Program-made: the position numbers and the translations under genes
Assembly: GCA_965208575.1 (NCBI GenBank)
Contig: CBDBOV010000003.1
Coordinates: forward strand, 352,001 to 416,000
Reading direction: 5' to 3'
Length of the DNA: 64,000 bases
Source of the DNA: Spirochaetia bacterium
GTDB lineage: Bacteria; Spirochaetota; Spirochaetia; SZUA-6; Bin103
Shown: in pieces, positions 1 through 9,320 of the stretch
Layout: the number at the start of each line of letters is the position of its first letter
How positions within the stretch are numbered: position 1 is the stretch's first letter
Notes under the pieces: model-generated
Databases searched by the model: none
What the model was told of the DNA's origin: nothing
What the model saw: the letters and a program-made list of their open reading frames with translations, nothing else

Positions 1-786
1 GGTAGTGACGCCGCACACCCAGTAGGCGATGGAAAGCTGCCACATCGGCGCGGAGCGGAACGCGTCGCTCCAGCGGCCGGCCAGCAGCGGCCCGGCGGGA
101 GCGGGCGGACGCGCGCCGCCGGAGAGCGCGCCGTCGCCGTCGGGCTGCAGGCCCAGGTCCGCCGGGTCGTCGCGCAACACCAGGTAGAGCAGCGGCACGC
201 CGAGCACCAGCACGATGCCGCCGCCGATCAGCCAGGCGCTGCGCCAGTTGGTCCACAGGAACAGGTAGGTCAGGAACGGGACCAGCACCAGCCCGCCGAC
301 CGAACCGCCCGACGTCAACAGGCTCATCGCCGCGCCGCGCTTGCGCCGGAACCAGCGTACCACGACCGCGCCCGGCGGCCCGCCGGCCAGCCCCGCCGCC
401 GCCAGCGACATCACCGCCCCGTAGATGACGATCAGGTGGAACACGCTGTTCGCGGCCGCCATCAGCAGCACCGAGGCGCCGAGCAGCAGCGCCGCCACGG
501 TGATCACGATGCGCCCGCCGATGCGGTCGATCAGCCAGCCCATCATCACCTGGCTGGCGCCGTTGACGAACCAGCCGACCGATGCCGCCAGCGAGACGGC
601 GGCCACGCCGACCCCGAACTCGGTCTGCCAGGTTTCGACGAAGATGCCGAATCCCTGCCGAATGCCGATGCTCAGGAACATGGCGAAGAACAGGGCGCCC
701 GCCACGTACCAGCCGTAGTACGGCCCCGAGTGGTGCGGCTGCGACGGTGCCGCCGGATCGGCGCCGGGCGGCCCTTGGCTGGTCAT
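1..786 (-). CDS. MFS transporter (OFA/MCT-like), runs off the left edge of the window
   Basis: Manual translation from ATG at 786: ...YYGWYVAGALFFAMFLSIGIRQGFGIF...GWLIDRIGGR...RWFRRKRGAAMS; MFS motif A-like loop and hydrophobic helices. Confidence 0.85.
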   Translation of the reverse strand, partial: MTSQGPPGADPAAPSQPHHSGPYYGWYVAGALFFAMFLSIGIRQGFGIFVETWQTEFGVGVAAVSLAASVGWFVNGASQVMMGWLIDRIGGRIVITVAALLLGASVLLMAAANSVFHLIVIYGAVMSLAAAGLAGGPPGAVVVRWFRRKRGAAMSLLTSGGSVGGLVLVPFLTYLFLWTNWRSAWLIGGGIVLVLGVPLLYLVLRDDPADLGLQPDGDGALSGGARPPAPAGPLLAGRWSDAFRSAPMWQLSIAYWVCGVTT

Positions 787-802
787 GGCGCCGGGAGGGG
801 CC

Positions 803-1609
803 TCACGCGCTGCGCCGCCACAGCAGCGGATTCTGCCGTTCGTCGTCGAGCGGGTCGCCGATTTCGAGCGCGGCCACCTGGGCGTCGGACAGGACGTTCT
901 GGATGCCGTTGAACACCGAGCCGTCCGGCATGTAGCCGGCGGTCATCGCGCGCCGCCAGGTGGGCGTCATGTTGGGACCGGCGCCGTGCGCCAGCAGACC
1001 GTTGTGGAAGCCGGCGTCGCCCGGCTCCATCTCGCCGGCCACCGGCATGACGCCGCTGAACTGCGGGAACTTCTCGAAGTACTCCGATATCTCCACGCCG
1101 ATGCCGGTATCGCTGAAGTCGTTCACCCTGTGGCTGCCCGGCAGGTAGTACATGCAGCCGTTCTGCAGCGTCGCCGGGTCGAGCGCGATCCAGATCGACA
1201 GCGCGTGCGGCGAGTGGTAGGACCACTTGGGGTTGTCGGAGTGCCAGGCGGTGGGGTTGGCCCACGGCTGCTTCTGCAGCGTCTGGTCGTGCCAGATCCG
1301 GATGCCGTCGATGCCTTCCAGCTTGCACAGCATCTCGCCCAGCTCCGCCGCCAGCATGTACTTCTTCACCGCGGCGCTGATCTTCCACAGGTTGAGACGC
1401 TGCACGAACACGCGGTCGTAGAAGGTGTCTCCCTCGATCCACCGGTCGCCGGTGTTGTCGGTCAGCTTGTTCCTGCCCATCTGCGCAACCGCCTGCTCGA
1501 CGCCGGCGCGCAACTCGCCGAGTTCGGCGTCGTCCAGAAACCGGCGCACGACCAGAAATCCGTTGTCGCGGTACGAATTGATCTGTTCGTCGGTCAATCT
1601 TGTATTCAT
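803..1609 (-). CDS. Phytanoyl-CoA dioxygenase family (PhyH) Fe(II)/2-oxoglutarate dioxygenase
   Basis: LTDEQINSYRDNGFLVV N-terminus, WHSD (HxD), distal His in FHNGLLAHGAGPN, RRAM. Confidence 0.9.
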   Translation of the reverse strand: MNTRLTDEQINSYRDNGFLVVRRFLDDAELGELRAGVEQAVAQMGRNKLTDNTGDRWIEGDTFYDRVFVQRLNLWKISAAVKKYMLAAELGEMLCKLEGIDGIRIWHDQTLQKQPWANPTAWHSDNPKWSYHSPHALSIWIALDPATLQNGCMYYLPGSHRVNDFSDTGIGVEISEYFEKFPQFSGVMPVAGEMEPGDAGFHNGLLAHGAGPNMTPTWRRAMTAGYMPDGSVFNGIQNVLSDAQVAALEIGDPLDDERQNPLLWRRSA

Positions 1610-2478
1610 CGTTCTCCCTTCCGGTCGTCACTGTATCGAATTGGTGCCGCGCTGTCCCCGCGGGAGCCGCGCGCGCGCAGCCACTCGACGGCGGCCATGA
1701 ACAGCAGCGCGAGCGCGAACAGGAAGGTGGCCACCGCCAGGATCGCCGGGCTGATCTCTTCGCGGATGCCCGACCACATCTGGCGCGGCACGGTGCGCTG
1801 CTCCAGGCCGCCGATGAACAGCACGGTCACCACCTCGTCGAACGAGGTCGCGAACGCGAACAGCGCGCCCGACACCACGCCCGGCGCGATCAGCGGCAAC
1901 TGGACGCGGCGGAACGCGGTCAGCGGCCCGGCGCCCAGGCTGGCCGCGGCGCGCACCAGGTTGCGGTCGAAGCCGGCCAGCGACGCGGTGACGGTGATTA
2001 CCACGAACGGCGCGCCCAGGGTGGCATGGGCCAGGATCAGCCCGAGGTGGGTCTGCGCCAGGCCGACCGAGGAGTAGAAGAAGAACATGCCTACCGCGGA
2101 GATGATCAGCGGCGTGATCATGGGTGAAATCAACAGTGCGGTAACGGCTGCCCGGCCCGGCATGGCCGGGTGGGACAGGCCGAGCGCCGCCAGGGTGCCG
2201 AGCAGCGTGGCCAGGATGGTGGCGGCGCTGCCGATCACCAGGCTGTTGGCGAGCGCCCGGTGCCACTCCCGGTCTTCCGCGACGTTCCGGTACCAGCGCA
2301 GCGACCAGGCGTCGGGATCGAGCCGCAGCATGCCCTCCGTGAAGGTGAAGTAGGGTTCCGCGTTGAAGCTCAGTGGCACCACCACCAGCAGCGGCGCGAT
2401 CAGGAACAGCAGCACCAGGCCGCACAACGTCGAGAACGCCAGGCGCGCGGCCCGTGCGCCGATGGTACGCGTCAGCAT
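1606..2478 (-). CDS. potC: Polyamine-family ABC transporter permease (PotC-like)
   Basis: AAASLGAGP loop, FATSFDEVV motif, operon position. Confidence 0.85.
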   Translation of the reverse strand: MLTRTIGARAARLAFSTLCGLVLLFLIAPLLVVVPLSFNAEPYFTFTEGMLRLDPDAWSLRWYRNVAEDREWHRALANSLVIGSAATILATLLGTLAALGLSHPAMPGRAAVTALLISPMITPLIISAVGMFFFYSSVGLAQTHLGLILAHATLGAPFVVITVTASLAGFDRNLVRAAASLGAGPLTAFRRVQLPLIAPGVVSGALFAFATSFDEVVTVLFIGGLEQRTVPRQMWSGIREEISPAILAVATFLFALALLFMAAVEWLRARGSRGDSAAPIRYSDDRKGER

Positions 2479-2481
2479 GGG

Positions 2482-3711
2482 TCAGCCCAGGCGCAGGCGG
2501 GCGATGCCCACCACGCGGTCGTACGCCGCGTAGAACGCCAGCACGCACAGCAGCAGAATGCCGCCGAGCGCCGCCGCCAGCCCCCAGTTGAGCGATTCCT
2601 GCATGTGGTAGGCGATCAGGTTGGAGATGAGCTGTCCCGTGCGCCCGCCGACCAGGGCCGGGGTGATGTAGTAGCCGAGCGCCACGATGAACACCAGCAG
2701 GGTGCCGGCGCCCACGCCGGGCAGCGACAACGGCCAGTACACGCGCACGAACCCCTGCACCGGCCCCGCGCCGAGCGAGGAGGCCGCGCGCAGGTATTGT
2801 GGATGGATGGCGCGCATCACGGAGTACAGCGGGAGCACCATGAACGGCAGCAGCACGTGGGTCATGGCGATCAGCGTGCCGGTCATGTTGTACACCATGG
2901 CGAGCCGCCGGTCGTCGCCGATCGCGCCCGCCGCCACCAGCAGGTCGTTGATCACTCCCTGCGTCTGCAGCAGCACGATCCACGACGTGGTGCGGACCAG
3001 GAGCGAGGTCCAGAACGGCAGCAGGACGCCGACCAGCAGCAGGGCGGCGCGGCGCGGCGGCGCGTGGGCGATGAGGAAGGCGAGCGGGTAGCCGAGCAGC
3101 AGGCACAGTGCCGTAACCGCGAGGCTGACCAGGAAGGTGCGCGCGAACAACTGCAGGTAGATGCGCTGCTCCTCCGGCCGGCGCACGATGCGGCCGTCCG
3201 CGCCGCGGTCGCGGTCGAGCGCGTTCAGATAGTGGCGCAGCGTCCAGCGCTGCCCGGCGCGCTGCAGCGCCAGCCAGGTGCCCGGCTCTCCCCAGGCGGG
3301 ATCGGCCGCCACCATCGCCGCCCGCCAGGACTCCGGCTCGGCGTCCTGCAACCGCCGCGTGCTGCGCGTGATAACGCTGCGCAGTCCCGACTCGATGCGG
3401 TTTACGCGCGTCGCGATCTGGCCGATGGTGCGTTGCTCGCGTGCCCGCAGCAACTCTTCCGCGGCAGCCGCGAACACCTCCTCGCCCGGCGCCTCGCCGC
3501 CGTCCCAGGCGCGCAGCAGGGCGAGCGTCCGCGGCAGCGCGTCGGCGACGGTCGGGTCGTGCACGCTGCGCACCAGCATCGTCGCCAGCGGCGCTACGAA
3601 CGCCGCGCCGATGAACGCCACCAGCGGCAGCACCAGGGCCGCGGCGCGCCAGCCCCCGCCGCTGCGCCGGAGTCCGGGGCCGCGCCGCGCCGCGGTCAGC
3701 GTACCAGCCAC
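2482..3711 (-). CDS. potB: Polyamine-family ABC transporter permease (PotB-like, with periplasmic insertion)
   Basis: LLPFWTSLLVRTTSW, AASSLGAGP, GYYITPALVGG; probable GTG start at 3711 overlapping the upstream stop (ORF track start 4134 is over-extended). Confidence 0.82.
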   Translation of the reverse strand: MAGTLTAARRGPGLRRSGGGWRAAALVLPLVAFIGAAFVAPLATMLVRSVHDPTVADALPRTLALLRAWDGGEAPGEEVFAAAAEELLRAREQRTIGQIATRVNRIESGLRSVITRSTRRLQDAEPESWRAAMVAADPAWGEPGTWLALQRAGQRWTLRHYLNALDRDRGADGRIVRRPEEQRIYLQLFARTFLVSLAVTALCLLLGYPLAFLIAHAPPRRAALLLVGVLLPFWTSLLVRTTSWIVLLQTQGVINDLLVAAGAIGDDRRLAMVYNMTGTLIAMTHVLLPFMVLPLYSVMRAIHPQYLRAASSLGAGPVQGFVRVYWPLSLPGVGAGTLLVFIVALGYYITPALVGGRTGQLISNLIAYHMQESLNWGLAAALGGILLLCVLAFYAAYDRVVGIARLRLG

Positions 3712-4778
3712 GCTCCGAAACGCTCGTTCACCTGTTCGCCGAAGTCGGCCCACCAGGCCCAGTCGTTGAACACCGACCGCTCCAGCCGCTCCGGGGTGGC
3801 CGGCATGTGCGGCGCCATCTCGACGCCGGTGTCCGCGTGCGTGGTGATCAGCGCCATGGCCGAGCCGCGGACCGGGCTGTAGGAGATGTAGCGGCTCATC
3901 GCGGCCATCGACTCCGGGCGGGCGGCGAACGCCAGAAACTCGAGTGCCGTATCCAGGTTCGGGGATCCCGCCACGATGGTGAGCTGCCCGTGATCCAGTA
4001 CCTGGCCGTCCCAGACGATCTCGAACGGCTGATTCTCCACCACCTGCGCGTCGAACAGGCGCCCATTGTAGGCGGTGGTCATCACCACCTCGCCGTCGGC
4101 CAGCATCTGCGGCGGCTGTGCTCCCGCCTCCCACCAGATCACGTGTTCCTTGATCGAATCGAGCTTGGCGAACGCCCGGTCGATGCCGCCGGGAGCACTC
4201 AGCACCTCGTATACCCGGTCGACCGGCACGCCGTCGGCCACCAGCGCGAATTCCAGGTTGCCGTACGGCGAGCGGCGCATCCCGCGCCGTCCGGGGAACC
4301 GTTCCAGGTCGAAGAAATCGGCCATCGTGGCAGGCTGCTCACCCGGGAAATGGTCGCGGTGGTAGGCGTAGACGGTAGAGTAGAAGATCAACCCGACGCC
4401 GCAATCGGACAGCGTACCGGGCAGGAAGTCGCCGGCCGCCTCGGCCGCGTCCTGGTCCGGGAACAGGGCGGCGGGGTCGAGCTCTTCGAGCAGGCCCTCG
4501 TCACAACCGCGGATGGCGTCCGCCGACTCCAGGTCGACCACGTCCCAGTGCACGTTGCCGGTCTCCACCTGCGCGCGGATCTCGGCCAGGCCGCCGTTGA
4601 AGTCTTCCATGCCGATTCTGGCGCCGGTGTCGGCGCCGAACGGCTGCAGCAGCGCCCGGTCGGTGGCTCGGCCGTAGGCACCGCCCCAGGACACCATGGT
4701 CATCCGTTCCTGCGCCCCCGCCCAGGCGGCAGCCAACAGGCCGGCCGCGGCAAGGCACGCGGCAATCTTTTTCGTCAT
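3696..4778 (-). CDS. potD: Polyamine-family ABC transporter substrate-binding protein
   Basis: Signal peptide, VSWGGAY, WDVVD, DFFDLERFPGRRG. Confidence 0.82.
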   Translation of the reverse strand: MTKKIAACLAAAGLLAAAWAGAQERMTMVSWGGAYGRATDRALLQPFGADTGARIGMEDFNGGLAEIRAQVETGNVHWDVVDLESADAIRGCDEGLLEELDPAALFPDQDAAEAAGDFLPGTLSDCGVGLIFYSTVYAYHRDHFPGEQPATMADFFDLERFPGRRGMRRSPYGNLEFALVADGVPVDRVYEVLSAPGGIDRAFAKLDSIKEHVIWWEAGAQPPQMLADGEVVMTTAYNGRLFDAQVVENQPFEIVWDGQVLDHGQLTIVAGSPNLDTALEFLAFAARPESMAAMSRYISYSPVRGSAMALITTHADTGVEMAPHMPATPERLERSVFNDWAWWADFGEQVNERFGAWLVR

Positions 4779-5941
4779 CGTTCATCCTCCTCCGGCTCGC
4801 GGGAGTCCGCCAGCGCGCGGCAGTCCGCGGCCGCCCAACCGATCGCTATCTCGTCTCCTTCCAGCATCGCGCCGTGCCCTACGATGTTGGGGATCCGCAA
4901 GAGGTACTCGGTACGCCGGTCCACGCTCGCGTGCACGACCAGGTGGTCGCCGAGGAACGTGATCATCTCCACGCGCGCCGGAAACTGATTGCGGTAGGCG
5001 CCGTTGCGCCGGGCAATGCCGATCCGCTCCGGGCGGATGGCAACGGTCACCCGGTCGCCGGGCACACAGTCGGCCACCCGGTACGCCACCACGGTCCGGC
5101 CGTTCACGTCCACCCGGCAGTAGTCGCCGTCGACCGCCGCCACGCTGCCGTCCACCAGGTTGTTGCCGCCGATGAAGCGCGCCACGAACGGTCGCTCCGG
5201 CTCTTCGTAGAGGATCTCCGGCGCCGCCACCTGCTCGATGCGCCCGTCGCGAAAGACCGCGATGCGGTCCGACATGACCATCGCTTCCTGCTGGTCGTGG
5301 GTGACGTACACGATGGTGACGCCGAGACGGCGGTGAATGCGGCGGATCTCGTACTGCATCTCTTCGCGCAGGTTGCGGTCGAGCGCACCGAGCGGTTCGT
5401 CCATCAGTACGAGGTTCGGTTCGAACACCAGTGCGCGGGCGATGGCCACCCGCTGCTGCTGGCCGCCCGACAACTGCCCGGGACGCCGCTCCTCGTACCC
5501 TTCCAGCCGCACCAGGCTGAGCGCGCGCCGCACCCGCTGCCGGCGCTGGTTCGCGTCGACGCGCCGCACCTCGAGCGGAAACGACAGGTTCGCGCCGACG
5601 CTGAGATGGGGGAACAGCGCGTAGTTCTGGAACACGACGCCGATGTTGCGCTGCCGCGCGGGCAGATCGTGCACCGAGCGCCCGTCGATGCGGATGGCGC
5701 CGGACGAGGGCGCCTCGAACCCGGCGAGCATCATCAGGCAGGTGGTCTTGCCGGAGCCCGACGGTCCGAGCAGGGTCAGGAACTCACCGGCGCGGATATC
5801 GAGGTCGAGGTCGCGAACCACCATGGTGCGCCCGTCGTAGCTCTTGGCGATGTTCCGGAACTGAACGTGCGGCTGATCGGATGCTGCGCGGCGCGTCTTC
5901 GGCCCGGCGGCAGGAGCACCGCGCTCCATGGCGGTCGCCAT
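4775..5941 (-). CDS. potA: Polyamine-family ABC transporter ATP-binding protein
   Basis: [27 protein letters not shown]-terminal TOBE-like region; start ATG 5941 approximate. Confidence 0.88.
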   Translation of the reverse strand: MATAMERGAPAAGPKTRRAASDQPHVQFRNIAKSYDGRTMVVRDLDLDIRAGEFLTLLGPSGSGKTTCLMMLAGFEAPSSGAIRIDGRSVHDLPARQRNIGVVFQNYALFPHLSVGANLSFPLEVRRVDANQRRQRVRRALSLVRLEGYEERRPGQLSGGQQQRVAIARALVFEPNLVLMDEPLGALDRNLREEMQYEIRRIHRRLGVTIVYVTHDQQEAMVMSDRIAVFRDGRIEQVAAPEILYEEPERPFVARFIGGNNLVDGSVAAVDGDYCRVDVNGRTVVAYRVADCVPGDRVTVAIRPERIGIARRNGAYRNQFPARVEMITFLGDHLVVHASVDRRTEYLLRIPNIVGHGAMLEGDEIAIGWAAADCRALADSREPEEDER

Positions 5942-6085
5942 GATACCAATTTGCTGCCGCGCGGCGCGCCTGTCAATTCGGCCCGCGACCCGCGACCCGC
6001 GGCGCAAGGCGCGCGCGTGCAGTCATGCACGCCTGGCAACGGTTCGGTATACTGCGGGCCGCAACAATTTCGAAGGAGATTTCAC

Positions 6086-6607
6086 ATGGCACGGAGTGGA
6101 GAGATTACGTTCAGGGGCAATCCGATGACGCTGGCGGGCGAGCGGCTGGACGCCGGACAAGCGGCGCCCGACTTCAGGCTGCACTATTTCGACGACGGCA
6201 TGCAGGAGCTCACGCTTGCCGATCTGAAGGGCAAGCCGAGTCTGATCAGCGTGGTGCCGTCACTGGACACGCCGGTGTGCGCGGCGCAGACGAGCCGCTT
6301 CAACGCAGAGCTGGCGGCCCTGCAGGACAAGGTCAACGCGGTCACGGTCAGTTGCGATCTGCCGTTCGCGATGGCGCGCTTCTGCGGCAGCGAGGAGATC
6401 GCCAACATCCGGGTCGCGAGCGACTACCAGGAGCGTGCGTTCGGCGCCGATTGGGGGACCCTGATCGAGGAACTGAAGCTGCTTGCGCGCGCGGTGTACG
6501 TGCTCGATGCGGACGGCACCGTCGTGTACGGGCAGATCGTCCCCGAGGTGGTCGACGAGCCGGACTACGACGCCGCGCTGGCGGCCCTCAAACAACAACT
6601 CGCGTAG
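6086..6607 (+). CDS. tpx: Thiol peroxidase (atypical 2-Cys peroxiredoxin)
   Basis: GAAGGAG RBS before ATG 6086; VPSLDTPVC, SCDLPFAMARFC, LARAVYVLD. Confidence 0.93.
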   Translation: MARSGEITFRGNPMTLAGERLDAGQAAPDFRLHYFDDGMQELTLADLKGKPSLISVVPSLDTPVCAAQTSRFNAELAALQDKVNAVTVSCDLPFAMARFCGSEEIANIRVASDYQERAFGADWGTLIEELKLLARAVYVLDADGTVVYGQIVPEVVDEPDYDAALAALKQQLA

Positions 6608-6733
6608 CGCCCCCCAAGCGGCCGGCCACCGCGCCGCTTCGGACCGCCGGGCCGGCGGCGCGCCAGCCGCGGCCGCGGAGACGCGGGTTCCCGCATGGAT
6701 GGGGCCGGGCGTGCGCGTGCAGGGGCAATCAGC

Positions 6734-7338
6734 ATGCCACGCACCTATACTCTCCTCCTGCACGACACCGTGCGCGCGTACCTCCTGTCCCTGGGCGGCC
6801 GCGCCCGGCAACGCCTGCGCGAGAAGCTGGAGTTCCTGCAGCTTGGCCTGTGGGACACCGGCGTGCGCGTCAAGAAGCTCAAGGGAGCGGCGCGCGCGGT
6901 GTTCGAGGCGCGGCTGACTCGCGGCGACCGGATCCTGTTTACGCTCGGACGTGACACGGGCGGTGCCACGCCGATCTACGTGTGGGGCGTGGTGCAACAC
7001 GACGACGTCAGCGCCGCCGAGCGCCGCATCGTGCCGGCGAACGCGCCGTTTCTCGATTTCGAGCCGTTCGCCGTCGAGAATCTGCCGGAATTGGACGCGG
7101 ACTCGCTCGACGGCGAGTACTTCTCGCTGCTGCAGTCGCACCCCGCGGCCGCGCCCGGCGCCGGCGCGCGCCGCGACGCGCCGGCCGCGGCCGAGTGGTC
7201 CGCGGATGGCGCGGACACCGGGCCGCAACGCTGGCTGGTGGTGGACGACGAGGAGTGGCGGCGCCTGCAGGAGGCGCATCGGAGCGACCACCTCGAGCTG
7301 TACCTCTCCCTGACGCGCGAGCAGGCGCGCTTGCTTAG
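6734..7338 (+). pseudogene. N-terminal part (RelE/ParE-like domain plus linker) of a large SF1 helicase-TPR gene interrupted by IS1634
   Basis: MPRTYTLLLHDTVRAYLLSL...VKKLKG...VFEARLTRGDRILFTL; the frame joins ...EQARLL|SSEPPLLLSGTAGSGKT once the IS and one CTTAG copy are removed. Confidence 0.8.
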
Positions 7339-7458
7339 CCGAGGTTTGAGAGGCCGTTCTTGTAACTGTTTCCTATTACAGGAATTAGCGTGTTCATGGG
7401 TGTAAATCGTGTCCATGTAAATAGTCCTGTGGTTCAGCGTTAATTTTCTCTCATCTGG

Positions 7459-7488
7459 TTGACATGTAATTATTAAATGATCTACCAT
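7459..7488 (+). promoter_or_regulatory. Putative sigma70 promoter of the IS1634 transposase
   Basis: TTGACA-N18-TACCAT just upstream of the transposase ATG. Confidence 0.5.
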
Positions 7489-7506
7489 TCCCTCCGTAGG
7501 GTGCCC

Positions 7507-9237
7507 ATGTACATCGACACCGTCCCCAACCGCAACTCTCCCCCAGCCGTCCTCCTCCGCGAGTCCTTCCGCCAGCACGGCAAGGTCAAAAAACGCACCA
7601 TCGCCAACCTCTCCAAGTGGCCCGATCACCTCGTCGAGGGTTTGCGCGTCCTCCTCAACGGCGGTATCGCTCTGCGCTCTCCCAACGAACTGCTCTCCAT
7701 CTTGCGCAGCTATCCCCACGGCCACGTCGCCGCCGTCCTCGGTTCCCTCCGCAAGCTCTCCCTCCATTCCCTCGTCGCTCGTCCCGCCTCCCGTGAACGC
7801 GACCTGGTCGTCGCCATGATCGTCGCTCGCGTCGTCGACGCTCGCTCCAAACTCGCCACCGCTCGCGGCCTGAACCCCGAAAGCGCCGTCTCCTCCCTCG
7901 GCCACCTGCTGCAGTTGGGAGCCGTCGACGAGAATGAGCTGTATGCCGCCATGGATTGGCTGCTCGCTCGCCAGCACGGCATCGAGCAGCGCTTGGCCAA
8001 GCGCCATCTGCATGACAACACGCTCATGTTGTACGACCTGACTTCCAGTTACTTCCATGGCCACACCTGCCCGTTGGCGCGCCGTGGTCACAGCCGCGAC
8101 GGCAAACGCGGCACCTTGCAGATCGTGTTCGGCCTGCTGTGTACCGCAGACGGCTGTCCCATCGCCGTCGAGGTATTCGAGGGCTCCACCAGTGACCCCA
8201 AGACGGTCGCCGCTCAGGTCGACAAGATTCGCAACCGTTTCGGCTTGCAGCGCGTCGTGCTGGTCGGCGACCGCGGCATGCTCACCGGCGCGCGCATCCG
8301 CGAGGACCTGCAGGGGATCGACGGCCTGCGCTGGATCACGACCCTGCGGGCGCCCACCATCCGCAAGCTGATCGAGGCCGGCGAAGTGGCGCAGACCATG
8401 TTCGACGAGCGTGACCTGGCGGAGATCAGCTCACCCGAGTTCCCCGGCGAGCGGCTGATCGTGTGCCGCAACCCGATCCTGGCCGAGCAACGGCAGCGCA
8501 AGAGGCAGAAGTTGCTGGCCTCCACGGAGGAGGAACTGACGCCGATCGTGACGGCCACGCAGCGCGCCAAAAAGCCGCTGCGCGGCGCCGCCGCGATCGG
8601 CCTGCGGGTGGGCAAGGTGATCAACCACTACAAGGTGGGCAAGCATTTCACCACCACCATCACCGACGACTCGTTCTCGTTCGTGCGTGACCTGGACAAG
8701 ATCGCGGCCGAGGAAGAACTGGACGGGCTCTACATCGTGCGCTCCAACGTGGAGCCGGAGCTGTTCGACGCCGAGCAGACGGTGACGGCGTACAAGGATC
8801 TGGCCAAGGTGGAGCGCGCCTTCCGCAGCATGAAAACGGTGGATCTGAAGGTGCGACCGATCTATCACCGCAGTGCTGACCGGGTGCGGGCGCACGTGTT
8901 CCTGTGCATGCTGGCCTACTACGTGGAGTGGCACATGCGCAGCAAGCTGGCGCCGGTGCTGTTCGACGACCACGACCGCGCCGCCGGCGAGGCGCTGCGC
9001 GAGTCGGTGGTGCAACCGGCGGAACGCTCACCGGCCGCACACCGGAAGGCGGCGAGCAAGCGTACCGACGACGGTCTGCCGGTGCACAGCTTTCGCAGCC
9101 TGATGAGCGAGTTGGGGACGCTGACGGCCAACCGCGTGCGGATAGTGGATAGCGGCGCCACGTTCACCATGCACAGCGAACCGACCGCGCTGCAGCAGCG
9201 CTGTTTCGATCTCCTGGAGGTCAGCGCCCAAGTGTAG
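7507..9237 (+). CDS. IS1634-family DDE transposase
   Basis: MYIDTVPNRNSPPAVLLRES start, YDLTSSYF, GHSRD, VGDRGM, YKDLAKVERAFRSMK, RVRAHVFLCMLAY. Confidence 0.95.
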   Translation: MYIDTVPNRNSPPAVLLRESFRQHGKVKKRTIANLSKWPDHLVEGLRVLLNGGIALRSPNELLSILRSYPHGHVAAVLGSLRKLSLHSLVARPASRERDLVVAMIVARVVDARSKLATARGLNPESAVSSLGHLLQLGAVDENELYAAMDWLLARQHGIEQRLAKRHLHDNTLMLYDLTSSYFHGHTCPLARRGHSRDGKRGTLQIVFGLLCTADGCPIAVEVFEGSTSDPKTVAAQVDKIRNRFGLQRVVLVGDRGMLTGARIREDLQGIDGLRWITTLRAPTIRKLIEAGEVAQTMFDERDLAEISSPEFPGERLIVCRNPILAEQRQRKRQKLLASTEEELTPIVTATQRAKKPLRGAAAIGLRVGKVINHYKVGKHFTTTITDDSFSFVRDLDKIAAEEELDGLYIVRSNVEPELFDAEQTVTAYKDLAKVERAFRSMKTVDLKVRPIYHRSADRVRAHVFLCMLAYYVEWHMRSKLAPVLFDDHDRAAGEALRESVVQPAERSPAAHRKAASKRTDDGLPVHSFRSLMSELGTLTANRVRIVDSGATFTMHSEPTALQQRCFDLLEVSAQV

Positions 9238-9320
9238 CCAGTAACGGACATCGGCTGTTGAGCGCAATTTTCAGATCAATAACGAATTAACAAGATTCCC
9301 GCTCTGGAACTTCGGCTTAG

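Larger units (their letters stand above)
7339..9315 (+). mobile_element. IS1634-family insertion sequence, 1977 bp
   Basis: Imperfect terminal IRs CCGAGGTTTGAGA / CCGAAGTTCCAGA (rc); 5-bp target duplication CTTAG at 7334-7338 and 9316-9320. Confidence 0.92.
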
